Positions 33,966-42,876 of a stretch of DNA of 64,000 bases are shown here, in pieces. This DNA comes from an uncultured Granulicella sp. (GTDB lineage Bacteria > Acidobacteriota > Terriglobia > Terriglobales > Acidobacteriaceae), in contig CAXMMP010000001.1 of the NCBI GenBank assembly GCA_963693075.2, positions 1,044,471-1,108,470 on the forward strand. The letters are read 5' to 3'. Every line of letters begins with the position of its first letter. Positions within the stretch are counted from its first letter, which is position 1. A model generated the notes under the pieces. That model ran no database searches and was not told the DNA's origin. It saw nothing but the letters and a program-made list of their open reading frames with translations. Made by a program: the position numbers and the translations under genes.

Positions 33966-35162
33966 TTAAACTTGCGGGTATAACTTCGGGAATAGTTCTT
34001 CTAGTGCGCTCTCTGGAAAGCGAAGCGAGACGGAACCTTTTGGTGTCGCGGACGCAAGTAATCCAAGCTCGGTCACTTCAGTGAGCACTCTGCGTGCGGT
34101 GCGCTCTGGAAGGCCAGTGATACGGGCGACCTCTCCTCGTTCGAATTCGCCCCGCATGAGTGCTTCTTCCAATAGAGCAGCGGCTTGCGGCTTTAGAGTG
34201 TTGCTTCTCTCAGCAAGAGTCCGAAGCCTCTGCTTCAACTCATTCAAGTCGAATAGCCCGGACATAAACTGCACTTGATCCAGGCAGACCTTAAGAAACC
34301 ACAGCACAAACTCTTTCAGTGCTCTTAGCGATAAGTTTCCTCGTCCGTCGAGGTCTCCTTGTCGCGGCATATCGGCCAGGTCCATCATGCGTTTGTATTC
34401 GCCGCGACTCTCAAGGCCCCGTGCAAGGCCACGCGAGATTGACCATAACCCATGCGCTCCGATGCCTGTCTGATGTGCCATTGCATGGCTCATCAAACGA
34501 CTCACGCGACCGTTTCCATCAGGAAATGGGTGAATATAGTTCAAACGATGATGAGCCGCTGGGATGGCCATGATTCGGCTAGCTGTTCCAAGCTGAGAGA
34601 GGTTGTAGCGCTGTTCGAAATGCCGCATGAAGTCCGCCACGCGCTCACTTGAGGGCGGAAGGTGACGACCGACGGCATTATCGTGTTCTGGCCTCGAACG
34701 CCATTGTCCAGGGGCCATCACGATTTCACGAGATTCGTTCTTGAGGGTGAGCATCGCCGGGGAAGCATCTCGATAAAACTCGTCGTGAATCCACCGAATG
34801 AATTCAGCGGATGTTGCGGTAGGCAATGTACCTTGGAGGAACATTCGGTCGATTTCCGTCTGCACTCGAACATGCGCAGCCGCTTCGATTTGCAGATTAC
34901 GGCGTTCTTCATTCTGATCTAACTCGCCCGATAGGGCGAGTTCAATGTCGCGTGGCCGCGTATTGTGGCCTTCGATCAGATTGCTGTAATAGGTATTCAT
35001 GATGCGCACAGCATTGGCCAAGTTCGCGGCTGTAAGCGGATGCAAGAACTTACCGAGGATGGATACGGCTGCCGTCAGATCTGCAACCACATCCGCGATA
35101 GCGGATGTGGGCTCGTCGATGAGAGCGGGTTCGATTCGACTTGGAATCTCAATATCTGACAT
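33966..35162 (-). CDS. Fic-family protein (AMPylase-type active site, N-terminal inhibitory-helix motif, C-terminal wHTH)
   Basis: The Fic motif [14 protein letters not shown] matches HxFx(D/E)GNGRxxR. The N-terminal [11 protein letters not shown] matches the (S/T)xxxE(G/N) inhibitory motif. Confidence 0.9.
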   Translation of the reverse strand: MSDIEIPSRIEPALIDEPTSAIADVVADLTAAVSILGKFLHPLTAANLANAVRIMNTYYSNLIEGHNTRPRDIELALSGELDQNEERRNLQIEAAAHVRVQTEIDRMFLQGTLPTATSAEFIRWIHDEFYRDASPAMLTLKNESREIVMAPGQWRSRPEHDNAVGRHLPPSSERVADFMRHFEQRYNLSQLGTASRIMAIPAAHHRLNYIHPFPDGNGRVSRLMSHAMAHQTGIGAHGLWSISRGLARGLESRGEYKRMMDLADMPRQGDLDGRGNLSLRALKEFVLWFLKVCLDQVQFMSGLFDLNELKQRLRTLAERSNTLKPQAAALLEEALMRGEFERGEVARITGLPERTARRVLTEVTELGLLASATPKGSVSLRFPESALEELFPKLYPQV

Positions 35163-35296
35163 GGGTTATTTGGCCGAAGTCATCCTAGAGGAATGTCCTT
35201 TATCCATTGATAATACGCCATATTGATAGTCGGAATTGGCCGATGTCGTGGCCGATGTTGAAAGATCTCAACCTTGTAAAGAAACGGCCTACACTC

Positions 35297-37852
35297 CTAC
35301 AGTCTTGGATCGACTGGTTCGCTCTCTAAGGCGAGAACTCCAAAGACGCACTCATGCGTAAGGCGTAGAGGTTCCTTGCGAACGAATCGCTCCAGTGCCT
35401 CGATGCCCAGTGCAAACTCACGGCTCGCCAGAGATCGCTTAGCTCCCACGTTCCGCGAACGCAGCCGTTCAAGGTTCTCTGGGAGGAGATACTCCGGGCC
35501 GTAGATGATCCGAAGGTATTCCGCGCCCCTGCACTTCATGGCCGGTTGGGTGATGCCGCGTCTGCCTTCCGCGATAAAGTTGAGCGGCTTGACGACCATG
35601 CCTTCTCGACCTTGAGCCGTCATCTCCGTCCACCAGGCAACTGCCTCCGAAGTGCTCGTCTCATCTTGAAGATCAACAACCTTGAATGGAGTAGCGAACA
35701 GTATCTCCGAGTCTGCCACGCAAAGTCTGGCAATCGTCTCCATGTGCCAAGTGTGCGGCTTGTCAGTATGGACTGTGCCTTCACTTGCCAAGATGTGGAA
35801 CGGTGCAAGTTTGAGACCGCCTAACGAGCTGACCGGCCAGCAATACTGCCGGTAGGCCTGTGTGTAGTGCTCGACGGCATCTAGGCGCGCAGTGGTTTGC
35901 CCAGAGAGAGTTTCCAAACCAGAGACGCGCTGCATGGCCTTAGTGATGATGTCGCTCTCAGCCTGCAATGCACGAACGCCAGCATTGCCAACAGGCGCGT
36001 ATTGCTTCTGTAGCAACTCCTGCGCCTTCGCTGACCACGGCATTAGCTCGCAATCAAGGCAAAGCCAATCGGTTTCGAGCTCGTCCCATAGTCCTGACTT
36101 TTCGACTGCTGTTTGCAGCCGAGTAAGGAACTGACGTTCCAGAGCCTCATCCGTAAAGAACCGGCGACCAGTGCGGGTGTAGACCGTTCCAAGCGACGCT
36201 TGTACAACACCGAAGCGCTTCTGCGATACAGCCTCGTCTTTGCAGAGGACGACGACAGCTCGCGAGCCCATATGCTTCTGTTCGCAGACTACGGTAGTGA
36301 TCCCTTCCTTGCGATAAAAGGCGAATGCTTCGTCGGGATGTTCGAGCAGGTTCTCGTGTTTGCTCGTCTCTGTGGGAGACATCGTCGGCGGAAGATAGAT
36401 GAGCCATTTGGGGTCACTCGCGAACCGGCTCATAACCTCAAGCGCAGCGATGGCGTTCTCTTCCCGGATCGTAATCTTCGGCTTCAACCGCGTGTCGATG
36501 AGACGTTTGCCGACCACGTCGGCAAGGTCGAGCACGTCGTCCTGAGCGTGCTGCAAAGGCCGCTCCGTCCCAATCGTTTCGGGAAGGAAAGGGCGAGCAG
36601 GTTCGTAGTAAGTTTGGCGCGCTTTGACGGAGACGATCTCGCGCTCGGGATAACGCAGGGCCGTAAGTTGACCTCCGAAGACGCAGCCGGTATCGAGGTT
36701 GACCGTGTTGTTCAGAAAGAGCGGTTCGGGCACGGGAGTATGTCCATAGACCACGAGAGCCTTCCCGCGGTAGTCCGTCGCCCAGTTGTAGCGCACGGGC
36801 AAGCCGAACTCATCTGTCTCTCCTGTCGTCTCGCCGAAGAGGGCGAACTCGCGTACCGCTCCTGATCCACGACCGTGCATGGACTCCTTCAAGCCAGCAT
36901 GGGCAACGACTAGCTTCCCGTCGTCGAAGACGTAGTGGCTCACAAGGCCGTCGAGGAACTTGGCGACTTCAACGCGGAACTCATTCGATTCCACGCCGAG
37001 TTGTTCCATTGTCTCTGCAAGACCGTGCGTACGCTTTACATCTCGGCCTCGCAACGCCCTCACCAGCTTCATATCGTGATTGCCGGGAACACAGAAGGCT
37101 TGGCCGGATTGCACCATGCTTGAGACCAGACGAAGGACTTGAACAGTCCCTGGGCCGCGATCAACAAGATCGCCCACAAAAACTAACTTGCGGTCTCCAG
37201 GGGACGAAACCGAATAGGTGCCATCCGTTTGATTCACGGCGTAGCCGAGCTGCGCCATAAGCTCGACAAGCTCATCGAAGCATCCATGAACGTCTCCGAT
37301 AATGTCGAATGGCCCGTGCTCGGTCTTCTTGTTATTCCAGAGAGGGTGACGCTCAATAGTTACGGCATCCACTTCCTCGGGGCTGGAGAGTTTGAAGACG
37401 TGACGGATGCCTTCGCGCTCCAATCCACGCAAGGAACGCCGGAGCTGCTGGGACTGGTTGCGAATGACGTGCGGCCCAAACTGCCTGTCGGGGCGAAGCA
37501 CATTGCGGTCCTGACACACGCGCTCCGAGAGATCGAAGACAATGGCCTCTGCGAAGAGGTGGAACTCCTTCGCCAGCGCGATGAGAGACTTCCGTGCCTC
37601 TGGCTGGACGTTCGTCGCATCGACTACAGTTAGTCGTCCGCGAGCAAGCCGCTTGCGCACGATCTCATGCAGAAGATCGAAAGCGTCTCCAGTCGCAGAC
37701 TGGTCGTTCTCGTTATCGGAGACGAGTGCTCGGCAGAAGTCTGAGGACACGACCTCTGTGGGAAGAAAGTGCTTTCGTGCGAAAGAAGACTTCCCGGAAC
37801 CGGAGGGGCCAACCAGGAGAACGAGCGACAGTTCGGGAATGCTGATCTTCAT
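35297..37852 (-). CDS. pnkp: Polynucleotide kinase-phosphatase (kinase + metallophosphatase + ligase-like domains), RNA repair
   Basis: The N-terminal P-loop kinase starts MKISIPELSLVLLVGPSGSGKSSFARKHF. The central calcineurin-type phosphatase has GDVHGC, GDLVDRGP and GNHD. The large C-terminal adenylyltransferase-like domain and the size of 851 aa match bacterial Pnkp. Confidence 0.9.
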   Translation of the reverse strand: MKISIPELSLVLLVGPSGSGKSSFARKHFLPTEVVSSDFCRALVSDNENDQSATGDAFDLLHEIVRKRLARGRLTVVDATNVQPEARKSLIALAKEFHLFAEAIVFDLSERVCQDRNVLRPDRQFGPHVIRNQSQQLRRSLRGLEREGIRHVFKLSSPEEVDAVTIERHPLWNNKKTEHGPFDIIGDVHGCFDELVELMAQLGYAVNQTDGTYSVSSPGDRKLVFVGDLVDRGPGTVQVLRLVSSMVQSGQAFCVPGNHDMKLVRALRGRDVKRTHGLAETMEQLGVESNEFRVEVAKFLDGLVSHYVFDDGKLVVAHAGLKESMHGRGSGAVREFALFGETTGETDEFGLPVRYNWATDYRGKALVVYGHTPVPEPLFLNNTVNLDTGCVFGGQLTALRYPEREIVSVKARQTYYEPARPFLPETIGTERPLQHAQDDVLDLADVVGKRLIDTRLKPKITIREENAIAALEVMSRFASDPKWLIYLPPTMSPTETSKHENLLEHPDEAFAFYRKEGITTVVCEQKHMGSRAVVVLCKDEAVSQKRFGVVQASLGTVYTRTGRRFFTDEALERQFLTRLQTAVEKSGLWDELETDWLCLDCELMPWSAKAQELLQKQYAPVGNAGVRALQAESDIITKAMQRVSGLETLSGQTTARLDAVEHYTQAYRQYCWPVSSLGGLKLAPFHILASEGTVHTDKPHTWHMETIARLCVADSEILFATPFKVVDLQDETSTSEAVAWWTEMTAQGREGMVVKPLNFIAEGRRGITQPAMKCRGAEYLRIIYGPEYLLPENLERLRSRNVGAKRSLASREFALGIEALERFVRKEPLRLTHECVFGVLALESEPVDPRL

Positions 37853-39258
37853 GCCGCCACCTCCTTATGAGTGAATACTGCCATTTGTGTTGGAGCTCCT
37901 CGTTCTGCATCGACTGGGCCTACTGGCTCAAATCGAACTCCGTATCCAAACCGCTCTGCAACTCCACTTGCCCAACCTTCAAACTCAGCACGTTTCCACT
38001 CAAAACGGTGGTCGCCATGCCGGAACTCGCCCGCTGGAAGAGTTTCAAAGACAGCGTTGTATTCCGCGTTTGGAGTAGTCAGGACTACATTCGTCGGTCG
38101 GGCAAACTCGAAGACAATGCGTTCAAAGGTCGCCAGACGCGGCGCGTCCAAATGCTCGATCACCTCCACGATGGCGGCTGCTTCAAACCCGTTCAGGCGT
38201 TGATCGCGGTATGTTAGCGATCCTTGAATCAACTCGATTCGACTGCGCTGGCGTTCCGGTAGTTCGTCGAGTCTCAGACGTTCCTTCGCCGTCTCAAGCG
38301 AGCGATAGGAGACATCCATGCCGAGGATCGTCTCGAACTGCTTCTCAGACAGAAGCAACTTAAGCAGCTTGCCCTCACCGCAGCCGAGATCGACGACGCG
38401 CTTCGCACCTGTATCCCGGATGACTGATAGCACCGTCTGCAAGCGCTGGTCATGCAGGGAAGGTGCTCGCTCCGACGCAGGCGATTCCAGCGAAGGCAAC
38501 TCGTCCGCTTCATCGCTCGGTGTGTCCTCTGCCAACAAACGGCTCAATGCTTCTCGCGTAAGACTCCGCTGGCGCTTTAGGTAGCGCGAGACAATCAGGT
38601 CTTTCTCCGGGTGGGAGCCAAGCCAGCCTTCGCCGCGCTTCAGGAGCTTCTCGATCTCGTCCTTGGCTACCCAGTAATGCTTGTCATTGTCGAGAACAGG
38701 AATCAAGACATAGAGGTGTGTGAGCAAATCCTGTAGTCGAACAGTTCCTGTGATCGTTAAGGCGACATGGGGAGACGCACCCCACTCAGGAAAATTGTCG
38801 TCAAGCTGTGAGCCCTGCGTTTCGACGGAGTAGCCTAGCGGCTCGAACAGCCGCTTGACCAAATCCTCACCACCACGGGCTGCAATGACCGGTAGATGAG
38901 CAGTCAAGGGAATTGCCATCTCCGCAAGCTCAGGCCGATCCTTGCTTCGCCCGCTCATTGCAGTGCTGAATATCCGCCCCAGTGCGACACTCAGGAACGA
39001 GTTTGCAGCGTAAGGACGGTCATTCACGTACTGCTCCAATTGACCGCCCTCACCGGCTGGTCCACGACCGCGTACCAGCGCCACCGGATCGATCTCGACC
39101 AGCAGAGCTGCCGTGCAGAGGGCGGCAGATGCGTCGGGATAGAACACGTAGGCCTTTCCAAACGAAAGCTCTTCCGTCTGGAGACGTGCTGGGTTCTTGT
39201 GCAGCAGGTAGCCGAGGTCTGTTGCCGGTTGATGAGTCGTGGATATGGTGAGGAGCAT
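37849..39258 (-). CDS. hen1: Bacterial Hen1 3'-terminal RNA ribose 2'-O-methyltransferase
   Basis: The N-terminus MLLTISTTHQPATDLGYLLHKNPARLQTEELSFGKAYVFYP is typical of bacterial Hen1. The C-terminal SAM-MTase has VVDLGCGEGKLL and IVEVIEHLD. Its stop overlaps the pnkp start (ATGA). Confidence 0.9.
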   Translation of the reverse strand: MLLTISTTHQPATDLGYLLHKNPARLQTEELSFGKAYVFYPDASAALCTAALLVEIDPVALVRGRGPAGEGGQLEQYVNDRPYAANSFLSVALGRIFSTAMSGRSKDRPELAEMAIPLTAHLPVIAARGGEDLVKRLFEPLGYSVETQGSQLDDNFPEWGASPHVALTITGTVRLQDLLTHLYVLIPVLDNDKHYWVAKDEIEKLLKRGEGWLGSHPEKDLIVSRYLKRQRSLTREALSRLLAEDTPSDEADELPSLESPASERAPSLHDQRLQTVLSVIRDTGAKRVVDLGCGEGKLLKLLLSEKQFETILGMDVSYRSLETAKERLRLDELPERQRSRIELIQGSLTYRDQRLNGFEAAAIVEVIEHLDAPRLATFERIVFEFARPTNVVLTTPNAEYNAVFETLPAGEFRHGDHRFEWKRAEFEGWASGVAERFGYGVRFEPVGPVDAERGAPTQMAVFTHKEVAA

Positions 39259-39516
39259 TGAAAGCTAAGTTTACGTGACAGAGAAGGATCACCCTAAATC
39301 GCAGTTTGGAACATCTCCGAGACGGGCTCTCCAACTATTTCTTGCTGTTTTTCCACAGGCGCAACCTGTCCGAAGAGTTCCCATGAGTTCCTTAGAAGAC
39401 ACTGTAGCGACAATGAGAGCCTTAGAGTCCTAAAGACTGATGTCTATTGGGCTTCGTGAGCATCTGGACAAGACCTTACGCATTGTTTCATTGTGTGTTC
39501 AGGAGGCGTACGAACC

Positions 39517-39762
39517 ATGTCCGATTTCAAGTTTTCAACGGAGCCGTTCCTGGATAGCGATCAAGCCGCCGCTATCCTTCGCATTCACCCGAAGACCCTT
39601 CAACGCCTCGCGCGGTGCGGTCGCGTCACCGGCTACCGCATTGGAAAGCTGTGGCGCTTCCACGCCTCCGACCTCGAAGGTCACCGCGAAAGCTTTTCTT
39701 CCACACTCGACTCCGACACTGCCCAGCGGTACGCTTTAAGTACCACTTGTGCCCGCAACTAA
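39517..39762 (+). CDS. Excisionase/MerR-type HTH protein (Xis-like paralog 3), directly upstream of the integrase
   Basis: Contains DQAAAILRIHPKTLQRLARCGRVTGYRIGKLWRFHASDL. The ATG at 39517 is preceded by AGGAGG. The track start at 39493 is further upstream. Confidence 0.75.
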   Translation: MSDFKFSTEPFLDSDQAAAILRIHPKTLQRLARCGRVTGYRIGKLWRFHASDLEGHRESFSSTLDSDTAQRYALSTTCARN

Positions 39763-39776
39763 CAGGAGGAATATCC

Positions 39777-40958
39777 ATGTTTGTTCGGTCACGATTTCAA
39801 TATGGCAGTCTGCGGCTACGGAAGCGCGAGCGGAGTACAGACGTGTGGGAGTTTCGTTATTACGAGACCAGCCCGGTTGGCAAACGGATCAGGCAGAGCG
39901 TCATCCTTGGGGATCAGGCTCTCTACCGGACCGAGGCCGACGCACGGAAGGCGACGCAAGCTCTTCTCATGCGGCTCAACGACGAAGCTCCACGCGCTGA
40001 GATGGAAGCTCCGACGTTCGGGGCTCTGCTCGATCGGTACATCGAGCATGAGTTGCCAGAGCGACACTCGACTCAGAGGTCGCATCTCTCGAACATTCGG
40101 AAACACATCAGGCCGCGCTGGAGCGATCAACCAATAAACAGGATGAAGCCGATGGCGATGGAGCAGTGGCTGCGTGATCTGCCGCTTGCGCCAAAGTCGA
40201 AGGTTCACATCCGAAGCCTGATGCACCTGGTCATGAAGTGCGCGGAACGCTGGGGAGTGATCGAGATCGGCAAGAACCCCGTCGCTCTGGTGCGCGTCAA
40301 GAACGCAAGCAAGCGGCTGAAACGGCCCCAGATCCTCGAAGTAGCTCAGTTCTTCGAGATGCTCAAGCATCTCGCGGAGCCGTACCGAACGATGGTGATG
40401 GTGGCGCAGTGTACGGGACTTCGCATCAGCGAAATCCTGGGCCTGCAATGGGGCGACTTCGATTTCGAAGCGCACACCTTCATGGTTCAGCGCAGCGTTG
40501 TCAGCGGAAGGATGGATGCGGTGAAGACGGAATATTCAAAGGACTACGTTCCGCTCGATCCGCGTCTTGAAGGACTGCTGCTGGAATGGCGGACCTTCAG
40601 CGCATATCCCAGCGATGCAGATTGGGTCTTCGCCAATCCGCAGACCGGAAAGCCCTTCCACCAGGAGAGCCTCAAGAAGCATCAGCTGCACCGGGTTGCC
40701 GAACTCATCGGCCTGCCGGACGGGATCGGGTGGCATACCTTCCGCCACACCTACCGTTCATGGCTGGACGAGACCGGCGCTCCCATGAAGGTGCAACAGG
40801 AGCTGATGCGACACGCCTCGATCCAGACGACGATGAACATCTATGGACGGGCGATGAACGATTCCAAACGTAAAGCCAACAGCCAGGTCGTTGGGCTGGC
40901 CTTCGGCGAATCGATGGAGTCGGGAAGGGAGACGTTAAGCACAACAGCCCTTCAGTAG
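39777..40958 (+). CDS. Tyrosine-type site-specific integrase
   Basis: The ATG at 39777 follows AGGAGGA. Catalytic-residue contexts are present: TGLRISEILGLQW (Arg), GWHTFRHTYRS (HxxR) and TMNIYGRA (Tyr). It lies adjacent to the target tRNA. Confidence 0.9.
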   Translation: MFVRSRFQYGSLRLRKRERSTDVWEFRYYETSPVGKRIRQSVILGDQALYRTEADARKATQALLMRLNDEAPRAEMEAPTFGALLDRYIEHELPERHSTQRSHLSNIRKHIRPRWSDQPINRMKPMAMEQWLRDLPLAPKSKVHIRSLMHLVMKCAERWGVIEIGKNPVALVRVKNASKRLKRPQILEVAQFFEMLKHLAEPYRTMVMVAQCTGLRISEILGLQWGDFDFEAHTFMVQRSVVSGRMDAVKTEYSKDYVPLDPRLEGLLLEWRTFSAYPSDADWVFANPQTGKPFHQESLKKHQLHRVAELIGLPDGIGWHTFRHTYRSWLDETGAPMKVQQELMRHASIQTTMNIYGRAMNDSKRKANSQVVGLAFGESMESGRETLSTTALQ

Positions 40959-40994
40959 AAGGGCTGAATCAGTGGCCATTTCCGATTGGGGGAT

Positions 40995-41007
40995 AATGGG
41001 GACTTAA
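40995..41007. repeat. AATGGGGACTTAA motif copy at the integrase-proximal island end
   Basis: Identical 13-mer to 15113-15125. It lies 36 bp from the att repeat at 41043. Confidence 0.45.
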
Positions 41008-41042
41008 TTGGGTTTTACGTTTCTCGTAACTTGTTGATTTGA

Positions 41043-41121
<79 letters not shown>

Positions 41122-41244
41122 TAGCTAGTGTAGCGCGGATGGCCCCGAGGGTCAAAATCGCGGGCAGGCGCAACTTTTTCCCGGCGCTGGAGTCTGGATA
41201 AGTGGCAGTTCAGTGCTTGAAATGGTTGCTGGAGGAATTGAAAC

Positions 41245-42609
41245 ATGCGGAACGAATCGCTTCTATGTGCGGTTTTTTTGGTTGGAATGGCCGGGGTTGC
41301 GGGGGCGCAGAGCAGTCTGCCGGACTCGCAGGTTGAGGCGAATGTGCTCAAGGCTTTGGCGGGTGCTCCTGACCTCGCAAATCAGTCGATTTCGACGAAC
41401 ACAGTATATGGAGTGGTCACACTGAGCGGGTCGGTGACGGATGATGCTTCGCGAGTAAAAGCCGAAAATCTGGCGGCGAACGCACAAGGCGTGAAAAAAG
41501 TGGTGGATCAGCTTTCGGTCGGGGCGGCTGTGGCCCAAAACGGAGATCAGAGTCAGCCGGGACCAGGGATGGTCTTACAGTCGGATGGAACGTACGCGCC
41601 GGCCCAGCCGGATCCGAATGCTGATCCCAGCAAGCCCGCTCCTGGAAGCGCGCCGGCGACAGGTGCTGTAATGAACGATCCGGACAACGATCAGGCGCAG
41701 TATCAGCCGCAGGGCACACCCTCAAATGGGACAACAGGGAACACGGCACAGCCTTCGATGCAGCCGCCTCCGGCGCAGCCTGCGAATGGTCAGCCAACGT
41801 ATCCTGCTCAAGGTCAGTATCCTCCGCAGGGGCAGTATCCGCAGCGCGGCCAGTACCCTCAGCAAGGTCAATATCCGCAGAATGGCTATCCTGCTTATCC
41901 TCAGCGTGGAGCCTATGCGCAAAACGGCGGACAGCCGTGGGGCGGTCAAGAAGGTGGCCAGGGCGTGACGATCCCGGTTGGCACGCTCGTTCGAGTTCGC
42001 GTGAACCGGGCGATCTCCAGCAAGCAGGAGAAGCCGGGCGACGTATTTGATGGATTTGTAGCGAATGATGTGGTTGCTGGCGGGTTTGTGGCGATTCCGC
42101 GTGGCGCTGCAGTGCAGGGAACAGTGGTCGATGCGAAGACTTCCGGTGCCATCTCGGGCCGCGGCGAGCTGTCGCTGAACATCACGTCTGTGACGCTTGG
42201 CGGCAAGGTTTATCCTGTTCAATCGGACGTCTGGGCGCAGGCAGGTCCAAGTAAGACGGGGAACACGGTCAGCAACGCTGCCGGATTTGGCGTTGCCGGC
42301 GCGCTGATTGGTGCGATCGCCGGGCGTGGCGCTGGGGCGGCAATCGGCGCTGGCGCGGGAGCGGCGGCAGGTGTCGGCGTCTCAGCGGCGGAACGGAAGG
42401 GGCAGGTCGTCATTCCGCCCGAAGGCATGGTCAGCTTTCACCTGGCGTCTCCGGCTGCGGTGACGACGGTGTCGGAGCAGGAGATTCAGCGGCTGGCCTA
42501 TGGGGCGCCGCAGGGTGGTCCGGGAGGCTACCGGCAGCCGATGTATGCGCGACCGTACGGATATCCGGCTTATCCGCCGCCGGCTTATAACTATCCTCCG
42601 CCCCAGTAA
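41245..42609 (+). CDS. BON-domain protein with a Q/P/Y-rich linker, a beta-rich domain and a glycine-zipper segment
   Basis: A signal peptide is present (LLCAVFLVGMAGVAGAQ). The BON domain is VEANVLKALAG...VYGVVTLSGSVTDDASRVKAENLAANAQGVKKVVDQL. The glycine zipper is GFGVAGALIGAIAGRGAGAAIGAGAGAAAGVG. GGAGGA precedes the ATG. Confidence 0.8.
   Translation: MRNESLLCAVFLVGMAGVAGAQSSLPDSQVEANVLKALAGAPDLANQSISTNTVYGVVTLSGSVTDDASRVKAENLAANAQGVKKVVDQLSVGAAVAQNGDQSQPGPGMVLQSDGTYAPAQPDPNADPSKPAPGSAPATGAVMNDPDNDQAQYQPQGTPSNGTTGNTAQPSMQPPPAQPANGQPTYPAQGQYPPQGQYPQRGQYPQQGQYPQNGYPAYPQRGAYAQNGGQPWGGQEGGQGVTIPVGTLVRVRVNRAISSKQEKPGDVFDGFVANDVVAGGFVAIPRGAAVQGTVVDAKTSGAISGRGELSLNITSVTLGGKVYPVQSDVWAQAGPSKTGNTVSNAAGFGVAGALIGAIAGRGAGAAIGAGAGAAAGVGVSAAERKGQVVIPPEGMVSFHLASPAAVTTVSEQEIQRLAYGAPQGGPGGYRQPMYARPYGYPAYPPPAYNYPPPQ
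41797..41925 (+). repeat. Low-complexity (G)QYPQx tandem peptide repeats inside the BON protein
   Basis: Encodes YPAQGQYPPQGQYPQRGQYPQQGQYPQNGYPAYPQRGAYAQNG. Confidence 0.8.
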
Positions 42610-42630
42610 TGCGTCTGTTTTTGCAGAAAT

Positions 42631-42662
42631 AAGCCCGAGGCGAAGAGTCTCGGGCTTTTTCG
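42631..42662 (+). terminator. Rho-independent terminator after the BON gene
   Basis: AAGCCCGAG-gcgaagagt-CTCGGGCTT followed by TTTT. Confidence 0.65.
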
Positions 42663-42876
42663 TCATGATGCTTAGACACAAGACAAACGCTCTTCCATGC
42701 GAAGAGTTTGGGCGGCGATTCGGTGTCCGGATGACGGAAGCTTTGATGGGCCATAGTCGGTCCCGCTGATTTATACTCTAGGCTTGTCCAGCGAGTGGCG
42801 GAGCGTGCGGCTTGCCGCGCCTGTCTTAGCGTGTTCCCCGACAAAATAAGCTCCTAGTGAAGGTCGTCAACCGAGC

